Positions 23,487 through 32,423 of a DNA stretch of 64,000 nucleotides are shown here, in pieces (positions within the stretch are counted from its first letter, which is position 1; every line of letters starts with the position of its first letter). Where the stretch lies: positions 80,235 through 144,234 of the forward strand of contig CAWILI010000008.1 in the NCBI GenBank assembly GCA_963836825.1, in the 5' to 3' direction. Position numbers and translations under genes: made by a program. The notes under the pieces are model-generated. The model did not search any database. It was not told the DNA's origin and saw only the letters and a list, made by a program, of their open reading frames with translations. Origin of the DNA: an uncultured Actinomycetota bacterium (GTDB lineage Bacteria > Actinomycetota > Actinomycetes > Actinomycetales > Microbacteriaceae).

Positions 23487-23876
23487 CTATGACTCCTTGC
23501 GCGCCTCGACCCGCCGCTTCAGGAAGATGAGCGGCAGCAGCCAGGTGCCGAGCGCGGTGACGGCCCAGACGATGAGCGTCGCGAGCACCCACGTGGTGAA
23601 GCCGGTGATCTGGATGCCGCTCGGGAACAGGCTCGCGATGAGCAGCGCGAGGAAGGTCGAGACGAGGCCGATGCCGCCGAGCACCGCCGGCGCGTGGCGG
23701 TGGGCGAGCCTGAAGGTGAACGGTGCCAGCAGGCTCTGGGCGATGGCGAACACGAGCGTCGCGACGAGGAACCCGCCCCACTCGATGTGGAAGTCGGGCA
23801 GCACCCAAGAAGCGATGAGCAGGCCGAGGGCGGCGGTGACCAGGAAGATCGCCGCGCGGATCAGGAATCGCACCAT
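23487..23876 (-). CDS. 4-TM membrane protein (actinobacterial phage-holin superfamily IV-like)
   Basis: MVRFLIRAAIFLVTAALGL.. with four hydrophobic helices and a basic C-terminus. Confidence 0.7.
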   Translation of the reverse strand: MVRFLIRAAIFLVTAALGLLIASWVLPDFHIEWGGFLVATLVFAIAQSLLAPFTFRLAHRHAPAVLGGIGLVSTFLALLIASLFPSGIQITGFTTWVLATLIVWAVTALGTWLLPLIFLKRRVEARKES

Positions 23877-23953
23877 GGGCGAGCGTACCCCTTCGCGCCG
23901 TCGGTGGGCAGGAGGAAGATGGTGGTCGTGTCCGATCGACGAGCTCGTCGGGA

Positions 23954-25270
23954 ATGAGCGACGCAGCGACGGTGAACCACGCGGCACGGCGGGTGCAGGC
24001 CGTGTACTTCACGCTGCTCACCGGCAACACGCTCGCCGCGTCGCTGATCTGGGGCGTGAACACGCTGTTCCTCCTCGACGCGGGTCTCACCAACCTCGAG
24101 GCGTTCGCGGCGAACGCGTTCTTCTCGCTCGGCATGGTCATCTTCGAGGTGCCGACGGGTGTCGTCGCCGACACGCTCGGGCGTCGCATGTCGTACCTGC
24201 TCGGCACGGTCACCCTCGCGGTGACGACGGCGCTCTACTACCTGCTCTGGGTCATGCACTCGCCGTTCTGGGCGTGGGCGATCGTGTCGGTGCTGCTCGG
24301 CCTCGGGTTCACGTTCTTCTCGGGTGCGGTCGAGGCGTGGCTCGTCGATGCGCTCACCGCGACGGGGTACACGGGCAGCCTCGAGCGGGTGTTCGGCCGC
24401 GGCATGGCGGTGTCGGGCGCGGCGATGTTCATCGGCTCGCTCGCCGGCGGCGCGATCGCGCAGCTCACGAACCTGGGGGTGCCGTTCGTGCTGCGCGCGG
24501 TCATCCTCGTGCTCATGTTCATCGTCGCCGCGTTCGTGATGCGCGACCTGGGCTTCACCCCGGCCGGGCGGGCGCATCCGCTGCAGGCCACCAAGCGGGT
24601 CATGCAGGAGTCGGTGAAGTACGGTCTGCGGCGTCCCGCGGTGCGCTTCGTCATGTTCGCGTCGTTCTTCACGACCGGCGTCGGGTTCTACGTCTTCTAC
24701 GCGCTGCAGCCATACCTCGTCGAACTGTGGGGCGACCCGAACGCCTATACGATCGCGGGGCTCGCGGCGGCGATCCTGTCCGGTTCGCAGGTCATCGGCG
24801 GACTGATCGCGCCGTGGGTGCGCGCTCGGTTCCGCAGGCGCACGACCACGATCATCCTCAGCCTGGTCGTGAGCAGCCTCGTGCTCGTCGCCCTCGGCAT
24901 CACCCGCAACTTCTGGATCGCGTTCGCGCTGCTGATCGTCTGGGGGCTCGTCGACGCGGCCGCCGGACCCGTGCAGCGCGCCTACCTCAACGACATGATC
25001 CCCTCGGCACAGCGCGCCACGGTGCTGTCGTTCGACTCGCTGCTCGGCAGCGCCGGCGGGGCCGTGATCCAGCCGGTGCTCGGCCGTTCGGCCGACATCT
25101 GGGGCTACCCGGGCTCGCTGATCCTGAGCGGCGGCATCCAGATCATCGCCGCTCCGTTCCTCTGGCTCAGCCGCAGGCAGCAACCCCCGGCGGATGTCGC
25201 GACCGATCTCGCGCAGGCAGGCGAGACGCCGGCCGACCTGCCGCTATCCGGCGAGGGCGATCGCGGTTAG
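23954..25270 (+). CDS. MFS transporter
   Basis: Intact 438-aa ORF; FEVPTGVVADTLGRR, FFSGAVEAWLVD and IPSAQRATVLS. Confidence 0.92.
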   Translation: MSDAATVNHAARRVQAVYFTLLTGNTLAASLIWGVNTLFLLDAGLTNLEAFAANAFFSLGMVIFEVPTGVVADTLGRRMSYLLGTVTLAVTTALYYLLWVMHSPFWAWAIVSVLLGLGFTFFSGAVEAWLVDALTATGYTGSLERVFGRGMAVSGAAMFIGSLAGGAIAQLTNLGVPFVLRAVILVLMFIVAAFVMRDLGFTPAGRAHPLQATKRVMQESVKYGLRRPAVRFVMFASFFTTGVGFYVFYALQPYLVELWGDPNAYTIAGLAAAILSGSQVIGGLIAPWVRARFRRRTTTIILSLVVSSLVLVALGITRNFWIAFALLIVWGLVDAAAGPVQRAYLNDMIPSAQRATVLSFDSLLGSAGGAVIQPVLGRSADIWGYPGSLILSGGIQIIAAPFLWLSRRQQPPADVATDLAQAGETPADLPLSGEGDRG

Positions 25271-25314
25271 CATGTCCGGATAGGCGAGGTACGCGATGAT
25301 CCGGGGGGTGTGGC

Positions 25315-26010
25315 GTGCGAACGAGGTTGCTGGTGTTGAGCGGAGGCGTCGCGCTCGCCGTCGTCGCCGCGATCTTCGCCGGGACTGCCGCTGCCACGAC
25401 CGGCGCCCCCGTCTTCTACGACGCCCGGCTGCCCCATCCCGCGCCCGAGATCCGCGCGTGCGTTCGAGGTGAGCGAGGGCGGGACATCCGATTCGTCGAC
25501 CGACGGCGACGCCGCCGACGGCTCGACGACCGCCCGATACCGTCACCGCAGCCGGCTGAGCCCGGCCCCACTCCCTCGACGCCGTCGGAGCCCGTCACCC
25601 CGCCGTCGTCCGCAGCGCCGCCCGCGGGCGAGGCGCCGACGCCGACGCCCATCCCCGATGACCCCTCCGCCGACCATCCGGCGCCGGGCGGACCCGGCTC
25701 GGTCGAGCCGAACCCCGACGGCACCACGCCGCCGCCTCCGCCCGAGAAGCGCAGGCAGTGGCTCGCGTTCCAGCAGATCGTGCGCGACTGCATGGCCGCC
25801 GCCGGTCACGAGTACCTCTACTGGGAATGGTGGAACCCGAAGTCGGCGCAGTCGAACCGGTTCCCGCCGATGCCGGCCGACCTGACCTCCGACGAGTTCG
25901 AGGCCTGGCAACTCGCGCTCTACGGTGATTCGCCCCTCGGCGACGACTACGACTGGCAGCGGGCCGGTTGCTGGGGCTACGCGGTGCACCTGACCGGCGG
26001 CACGAACTGA
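25315..26010 (+). CDS. Exported hypothetical protein with Pro-rich linker and Trp/Cys C-terminal domain
   Basis: N-terminal hydrophobic segment, P/T-rich middle, DCMAAAGHEYLYWEWW..WQLALYG..YDWQRAGCWG. Confidence 0.7.
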   Translation: MRTRLLVLSGGVALAVVAAIFAGTAAATTGAPVFYDARLPHPAPEIRACVRGERGRDIRFVDRRRRRRRLDDRPIPSPQPAEPGPTPSTPSEPVTPPSSAAPPAGEAPTPTPIPDDPSADHPAPGGPGSVEPNPDGTTPPPPPEKRRQWLAFQQIVRDCMAAAGHEYLYWEWWNPKSAQSNRFPPMPADLTSDEFEAWQLALYGDSPLGDDYDWQRAGCWGYAVHLTGGTN

Positions 26011-26061
26011 CGCGGTCGGGTGCCGCACCCTACGTGCAGGACCCGACCGCGACCGATCCGA

Positions 26062-27522
26062 TCAGTCGAGCTCGACGTCCCGCTTGCGTCGGGCCACGAT
26101 CGGGCCGAGCGCGAACGCCACCGCGAACAGCGCGATGATGCCCCACGAGAACGGTCCGTACGAGGGCTCGGCGACGAGCACCGGAAGGTTCTGGAAGACG
26201 AGCACCGCGAACGCCGCGAGCCCGATGAGCCCGAGGCCCGGCGCGACGAGCGTCTTCCAGCGACCGAGGCCGTGATCGTTGCGGCGGAAGATCGCGAGCA
26301 CGGCGACGCTCGTGAGCACGAGCAGCAGCACGATGCCCACCGAGGAGATGCCGCCGAGCCAGGTGTAGAACTGGCCGATCGGGTCGAGGCCGAGCAGGGC
26401 GGCGATGACGATGAGCACGCCGGCCGTGATCGAGGCGGTCAGCGAGGCACGCGACGGCGAGCCGTGCTTCGCGTGCGCGTCGCCGAGCGCCGTGGGCAGC
26501 ACGCCCCGGCCCGCGAGGGTGAAGATGTAGCGCGACACGATGTTGTGGAACGAGAGGATGCACGCGAACAGGCTCGTGACGAAGAGCACCTGGATGATGT
26601 GGCCGCCGACCACGCCGAGGTACTGCTCGGTCGTCGTGGCGAGGATCGTGCCGGCGTTCGCGGTGGCGTTCTCGACGATCGTGCTCTCGCCGTTCGCCGA
26701 GATGAGCAGCCAGCTCGAGACCGTGTAGAAGACGCCGATGAGGATCAGGGCGATGTAGGTCGCGCGCGGGATGGTGCGCTCGGGGTCCTTCGCCTCGTCG
26801 CGGAACACCGCGGTCGCCTCGAAGCCGATGAAGCTCAGGATCGCGAACAGGATCGCGAAGCCCGGCGCACCCGACACGATCTGCGACGGCGTGAAGATGC
26901 CGGTCGAGAAGCCCTCGGGTCCGCCGCCGGCGAAGACCACGGCCGCGTCGAGCGCGAGCACGATGAGCACCTCGGCGACGAGCAGCACGGCGAGCACGCG
27001 GCCCGAGAGCTCGATCTTGAAGTACCCGAGCGCCGAGACGACGGCGAACGCCACCGCCGCGTACACCCACCAGGGGATGTCGGGCGCACCGTAGGACGTG
27101 AAGAGGCCGTTCGCCGCCGGGCCGAGCAGGCCGAAGACGCCCGCCTCGAGCGCGACGTACGAGAGCAGCGCGGCGAACGCGGCGCCGAGCCCGGCGCCGC
27201 GACCGAGTCCCTTGTCGACGTAGGCGAAGAACGCACCGGCCGACTTCACGAGCGGCGTGGCGTTGGTGAAGCCCACGGCGAACAGCAGCAGCACCGCCGT
27301 CACGACGATGAACGTGAACGGGAAGCCGGCCCCGTTGCCGAAGGCGATGCCGAGCGGCACGGGACCGCCGATGACGCCGAGCGGCGAGGCCGCCGCGACG
27401 ACGATGAAGACGATGCTCGCGGTGCCGAGCGAGCCGCGCAGGCGGCGTTTCTCGGGCGGGATGATGGCGCTCTCGGGGGCGAGACTGCTCGCGCTCGGCT
27501 CGGTGATGGTGGTGTCGGCCAT
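26062..27522 (-). CDS. APC family amino acid/amine permease
   Basis: LRGSLG..VAAASPL, SAGAFFAY, FIGFEATAVFRDEAKDPERTIPRA; intact 486 aa. Confidence 0.93.
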   Translation of the reverse strand: MADTTITEPSASSLAPESAIIPPEKRRLRGSLGTASIVFIVVAAASPLGVIGGPVPLGIAFGNGAGFPFTFIVVTAVLLLFAVGFTNATPLVKSAGAFFAYVDKGLGRGAGLGAAFAALLSYVALEAGVFGLLGPAANGLFTSYGAPDIPWWVYAAVAFAVVSALGYFKIELSGRVLAVLLVAEVLIVLALDAAVVFAGGGPEGFSTGIFTPSQIVSGAPGFAILFAILSFIGFEATAVFRDEAKDPERTIPRATYIALILIGVFYTVSSWLLISANGESTIVENATANAGTILATTTEQYLGVVGGHIIQVLFVTSLFACILSFHNIVSRYIFTLAGRGVLPTALGDAHAKHGSPSRASLTASITAGVLIVIAALLGLDPIGQFYTWLGGISSVGIVLLLVLTSVAVLAIFRRNDHGLGRWKTLVAPGLGLIGLAAFAVLVFQNLPVLVAEPSYGPFSWGIIALFAVAFALGPIVARRKRDVELD

Positions 27523-27616
27523 GACGGCTCCTTTCAGAAGTGGAATGCAGGGTCGTGCGGTCGTGCGGAGGTGCGAGTGCGGATGGATCGGTGCGACGGA
27601 TGTCCCGGCGTGCGTG

Positions 27617-28813
27617 TCAGGCGGTGCTGCGCTTCGGAACGCCGATCGACCACTCGTAGGGCGGCTCGGTGTCGTTGACCGCCGCGTCGCCGATGATGCG
27701 CGCCTTGAACGCGACGGGGTTGTGCGATGCGACCGTGCGGGCGTTGCGCCAGTGCCGGTCGAGCGCGAGCGACGTCGAGGTCGCCGACGCGCCGAGCGCG
27801 TCGAACAGCTCGGTGGCCGCGGCGGTGGCGAGCGGGCTCACCGCGACCTGGGCCCTGGCGACCGCGAGCTCGGCCTCGCGCTTGGCGGCGTCGCGCACCT
27901 CGGGAGCGGCATCCTTCGCCTCGTACGCACGCTGCAGGTACTCGGCGGCGTGCGCGACGACGGCCTCGGCGGCGAACGCCGCCGCCTCGATGCGACCGAC
28001 GATCTCGAGGATCTGGGGGTCATGGCGGGTCTCGGTCGCGTTGCCGTGGCTGAACGCCCGCGCGCGCGTCGCGACCTGCTCGGCCGCGTCGCGCGCGCTG
28101 GCCCGAGCGATGCCCGCCTGCACGGCCACGAGCACGAGCTGGTAGTGCGCGGTCTGGTAGGCGAACCGCTCATGGAAGGGGTAGACGTGCTCGGCGCGCA
28201 CCGGCGCACCCGAGAACACCGTCGTGCCGCTGCCGGTGAGGCGCTGGCCGAATCCGGTCCAGTCGTCGCTGACCTGCACGGCGTCGGAGTCGGTGCCGAC
28301 GAGGGCGGCGACCTCGGTGCCGTCGGGGGTGAGCGCGGTCGCGTCGATCCACTCCGCGAAGATGCTGCCGGTCGTGTAGTACTTGCGTCCGGTGATCGCG
28401 TACCCGCCGTCGTGCTCGGTCAGCCGCGTCGTCGTGTCGCCGAGGGCGACCGAGCCGATCTCGGTGACGGCGTTGCCGACGAGCTCGCCGGCGGCGAACC
28501 GGGCGAGCCACTCGTCGCGCTCGACCGAAGCCGGGGCGTTCAGGCGGTCCTCGACGAAGGCGAGGTGACCCCGCAGCGCCTGCGGGACGTGCGGGTCGGC
28601 GGCCGCGAGATCCACGAGCAGGCGGAACGTGTCGGGAAGGCTCGCGCCGCGCCCGCCGAACTCGACGGGCACCCGCACGCCGGTGAACCCGCTTCGCTTC
28701 AGCAGCTCGACGGCCGCGTGGGGCAGCTCGCGGTCGAGCTCGCGCTGCAGGGCACCGGCGCCGATCTCGGCGAACACGGGACGGTAGGCGTCGCTCAGTT
28801 CCCGGTACGTCAT
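27617..28813 (-). CDS. Acyl-CoA dehydrogenase-fold flavin monooxygenase (DszC/SfnB-like)
   Basis: ITGRKYYTTGSIFA, DDWTGFGQRLTGSGT and LDRHWRNARTVASHNP. Confidence 0.88.
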   Translation of the reverse strand: MTYRELSDAYRPVFAEIGAGALQRELDRELPHAAVELLKRSGFTGVRVPVEFGGRGASLPDTFRLLVDLAAADPHVPQALRGHLAFVEDRLNAPASVERDEWLARFAAGELVGNAVTEIGSVALGDTTTRLTEHDGGYAITGRKYYTTGSIFAEWIDATALTPDGTEVAALVGTDSDAVQVSDDWTGFGQRLTGSGTTVFSGAPVRAEHVYPFHERFAYQTAHYQLVLVAVQAGIARASARDAAEQVATRARAFSHGNATETRHDPQILEIVGRIEAAAFAAEAVVAHAAEYLQRAYEAKDAAPEVRDAAKREAELAVARAQVAVSPLATAAATELFDALGASATSTSLALDRHWRNARTVASHNPVAFKARIIGDAAVNDTEPPYEWSIGVPKRSTA

Positions 28814-30053
28814 CAGGTGTACAGGCTCACGGGCTGGACGGTGCCGTTCAGGAAGTGCGCGCCGACCTCGATGCGCTTGTAGTCGACCGGGTCGTGCAGC
28901 GTGTGCGTGCGGGCGTTGCGCCAGTGCAGGTCGAGCCCCGTGGCGGCCTTCGTCGAGCTGGCGCCGGTGACCTCGAACACCCGGCTCGAGACGTCGAGCG
29001 ACAGGTCGGTCGCCACCACCTTGAGCCGCGCGACGGCCAGTTCGATCTCGGCCCGATCGTCGGCCGTGGTGTCGTGGCCGCGGGCCACGGCGGTGTCGTA
29101 GCGGTGGTTGAGCGAGTCGGCGAGCGCCTCGACCGCGGCGGTTCGCGCCACGAGCTCGCCGAACACGCGGTGCGTGATCGGGTCGTCGGCGTAGCGCTCG
29201 ACGCCGCTGAGGAACCAGGAGCCGCGACGCGCGAGGGTCAGCTGCTTCGCCTGCTCGAGCGCGCCCTCGGCGATGCCGAGGTACACGTTGCCGAACAGCA
29301 GTTGCACGCCGGGCGTCACGAGCGATGAGAACGGCGTCTCGCGATCGACGCCGATGACGTCGGCTTCGGTGACCACGACGTCGCGGTACTCGATCGACCC
29401 GCTCGCCGACGCCCGGTACCCGACGTTGTCCCAGTCGTCGTGGTGGTGGATCCCCGCCCGATCGGCGTCGATCGCGAAGACCACGAGCTGACCGTCGTAC
29501 GCACCGCCCTCGGCGACGGCGCCGGCGATGACGACGTCGGCGACCGCGGCTCCGGTCGCGAAGTACTTGCGGCCGTTCAGCAGGTAGCGGTCGCCGTCGG
29601 CGACCAGGCTGAGGTCGGGGCTCACCGGGTTGAACGAATCGCTCCAGATCCACGACCCCTCGGCGCTGCGGCGGTACCAGGCCTGCTGAACTCGGGGTCG
29701 GATCCGTAGAAGGCGATGCACGCCTGGTTGAGGTAGCTGTAGCCGAGGACCTGCGCGATCGACGCGTCGACCCGGGCGATGATGCGGGTCACCGCCAGCG
29801 CCGTCTGCCAGTGCGCGCCGTGCCCGCCGAACCGCTCGGGGACGACGAGATCGGCGAGGCCCGACTCGCGCAGCAGCGCGAGCGGGGCGACCGGCAGCGC
29901 GCCGGATCGGTCGCGTTCGACGACGTCGGTGGCGAGCGCGGCCGCGACGGTCGTGGCGACGGCGCGCCAGCGGGCGAGCTCGGCGTCGTCGGCGTGGCCG
30001 CGCCATGGGGTGAGTCCAGCGACTGCGTGGGAGGTGGTGGGTGCGATGGTCAT
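28813..30053 (-). CDS. Acyl-CoA dehydrogenase-fold flavin monooxygenase (DszC/SfnB-like; indel near 29690)
   Basis: LNGRKYFATG, DDWDNVGYRASASGS and LDLHWRNARTHTLHDPVDYK. Confidence 0.88.
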
Positions 30054-30126
30054 GTCGTCCTCGGGTGGTTCGGGTGATGCTCGACACATCGTGACCATCC
30101 GCCGTGCCACGCCGCCACGATGTGAA

Positions 30127-30156
30127 GCAACACGTCGTCGCGTGACGCCGTGTTGC
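30127..30156. promoter_or_regulatory. Inverted repeat in the divergent promoter of the organosulfur locus
   Basis: gcaacacgtcgtc-gcgt-gacgccgtgttgc; 12 of 13 positions complementary. Confidence 0.45.
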
Positions 30157-30220
30157 ACCGCGATCTCGCGGCGCGCAACGGCATCGGCGACGATGGGCCG
30201 ACCGGAAAGGCGGTACGTCC

Positions 30221-31601
30221 ATGAGCACTCGACCCATTCGATTCAACGCGTTCGACATGAGCTGCGTCGGCCACATCTCCTCGGGCCTGTGGCGCCACCC
30301 CGACGACCAGGCGCACCGGTACACCGACATCTCGTACTGGACCGAGCTCGCGAAGCTGCTCGAGCAGGGCACGGTTCGACGGCATCTTCATCGCCGACGT
30401 GCTCGGCACCTACGACGTCTACGGCGGCACCGCCGATGCCGCCATCAAGCACGGGTCGCAGGTGCCCGTCACCGACCCGCTGCTCGTCGTCTCGGCGATG
30501 GCCGCGGTCACCGAGCACCTCGGGTTCGGCGTGACCGCCGGCACCGCGTACGAGCATCCGTACCCGTTCGCGCGACGCATGTCGACGCTCGACCACCTCA
30601 CCAAGGGCCGGGTCGGCTGGAACGTCGTCACCGGGTACCTGCCGAGCGCCGCGCGCAACATGGGCCACGACGACCAGGTCGAGCACGACGCCCGCTACGA
30701 CATCGCCGACGAGTACCTCGAGGTGCTCTACAAGCTGTGGGAGGGGTCGTGGGCCGACGACGCGGTCGTGCGCGACCGCGAGACCGGCGTCTTCACCGAC
30801 CCCGACAAGGTGCGCGGCATCGAGCACGCGGGCACCCACTTCACGGTGCCCGGCATCCACCTCGTCGAGCCGTCGCCGCAGCGCACCCCGGTGATCTACC
30901 AGGCCGGCGCGTCGTCGCGCGGCATCGCGTTCGCGGCGGGCAACGCCGAGGCGATCTTCGTGGCCTCGCCGTCGAAGCGCGCGCTCGCGCGCCAGGTGAC
31001 GCAGATCCGCGACGCCCTCGAGGCCGCCGGTCGCGACCGGTACGCGGCCCGCATCTACGGGATGGCGACGATCATCGTCGACGAGACCCCCGAGAAGGCC
31101 CGCGCGAAGGAGGCCGAGTACCTGTCGTACGCCGACGACGAGGCGCCCTCGTGCTGATGTCGGGCTGGATGGGCGCCGACCTGTCGAAGTTCGCGCTCAC
31201 CGACCCGGTGACCGACGGTGAAGAGCAACGCGATCCAGTCGCTCGTCACGCAGTTCCAGGACGAGGCCGAGGCCGGCACCGAGTGGACGGTCGCCGACAT
31301 CGCCGAGCACGGCAAGATCGGCGGCTTCGGCGCCCGCATCGTCGGCTCGCCCGAAGAGGTCGCCGACCAGCTGCAGGCGTGGGTCGCCGAGACCGACCTC
31401 GACGGGTTCAACCTCGCCTACGCGATCACGCCGGGCACCTTCGAGGACGTCGTGCGCTGGGTCATCCCCGAGCTGCAGCGCCGCGGCGTCTACCCGACCG
31501 AGTACGAGCCGGGCACGCTGCGCCAGAAGCTGCACGGCCGTGGCGACCGTCTGCCCGACGAGCACCACGGCGCGGCGTACAAGCTGGCGCCGGTGCGCTG
31601 A
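30221..31601 (+). CDS. LLM-class FMN-dependent monooxygenase (NtaA/DmoA/DszA family; indels)
   Basis: GLWRHP, FDGIFIADVLG, FARRMSTLDHLTKGRVGWNVVT, PSPQRTPVIYQAGAS, VIPELQRRG and GTLRQKL. Confidence 0.92.
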
Positions 31602-31656
31602 GCCGCGCGACTTCGCGAGCAACCCGAGCGGGTGCACCCCGGCCGTCGCGCGGCGG

Positions 31657-32310
31657 TCAGGGGCGCAGTTCGATGACGGAACCGTTCAGGCCCGGGTCAT
31701 CCGTTCGCCAGAGATCGACGACGGATGTCGCGAGCCGGTCTTCGAGGCCCGCGAGCGAGTTCACCCGGAACGTGACCGCGGCGGCCGGCGACTCGGCCTT
31801 GCCGATGCCCTGGGCGAGCGAACGCATCCACGACTCGCTCGCCGCCTTCACGGCGGTGTAGTTCGCGCCGCCCGCGGTGGGCTTCTCGACGGTGGTCGAC
31901 GAGACCATCGCGATGCGGCCGGCGGGGGAGGCGAGGACGTCGTCCCAGAACGCGCGGCTCGCGTAGCGCAGCGCGGTGAACGAGCGCTCGAGCACCCGGT
32001 AGTCCTCGTCGGTCTGCCCGGGGATGCCGCCGCCGCCGCGCCACCCGCCGACGAGGTGGATGACGCCGTCGACGTCGCCGACACGCGCGTGCACGCGCAT
32101 CGCGAGCTCGAGCACGTCGTCGCCGTCGGTGAGGTCGGCGCGTTCGCCGATGACGCCGGGCAGCTCGGCTTCGAGCTCGCGGATGCGGCCCTCGTCGCTG
32201 CCGACGGCGACCACCCGGGCGCCCGCGTCGAGCAGGGCGCGGGCGACCGCCCGGCCGGACGTGCTCGTCGCTCCGGCGATGAGCACGGTCTTGCCTGCGA
32301 GTTCAGCCAT
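31657..32310 (-). CDS. SDR family oxidoreductase
   Basis: LAGKTVLIAGATS, DGVIHLVGGWRGG and NYTAVKAA (YxxxK). Confidence 0.88.
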   Translation of the reverse strand: MAELAGKTVLIAGATSTSGRAVARALLDAGARVVAVGSDEGRIRELEAELPGVIGERADLTDGDDVLELAMRVHARVGDVDGVIHLVGGWRGGGGIPGQTDEDYRVLERSFTALRYASRAFWDDVLASPAGRIAMVSSTTVEKPTAGGANYTAVKAASESWMRSLAQGIGKAESPAAAVTFRVNSLAGLEDRLATSVVDLWRTDDPGLNGSVIELRP

Positions 32311-32332
32311 CGTGATTCTCCATCGTTCCAAG

Positions 32333-32390
32333 CGAATCACCCCGAATGGTCGGGCGGAAGGGTATCCCGGCGACCATTCGGGGTGATTCG
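32333..32390. repeat. Perfect 20-bp inverted repeat (REP-like stem-loop)
   Basis: cgaatcaccccgaatggtcg (32333-32352), 18-nt spacer, cgaccattcggggtgattcg (32371-32390). Confidence 0.9.
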
Positions 32391-32423
32391 GCGAAGGGTG
32401 GTGCAGGTGAAGCGTGGTGCGGG

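Noticed and set aside
23487-23876. Holin as evidence for a prophage
   Set aside because: No integrase, endolysin or structural phage genes nearby; this 4-TM family is common on actinobacterial chromosomes
27523-27616. GTGCG short repeats between the monooxygenase and permease genes
   Set aside because: Irregular low-complexity spacing with no repeat-spacer structure; not CRISPR or an iteron array
31602-31654. Bidirectional terminator between the convergent monooxygenase and SDR genes
   Set aside because: 10-bp GC-rich arms with a 33-nt loop and no U-tract; plausible but too weak to call
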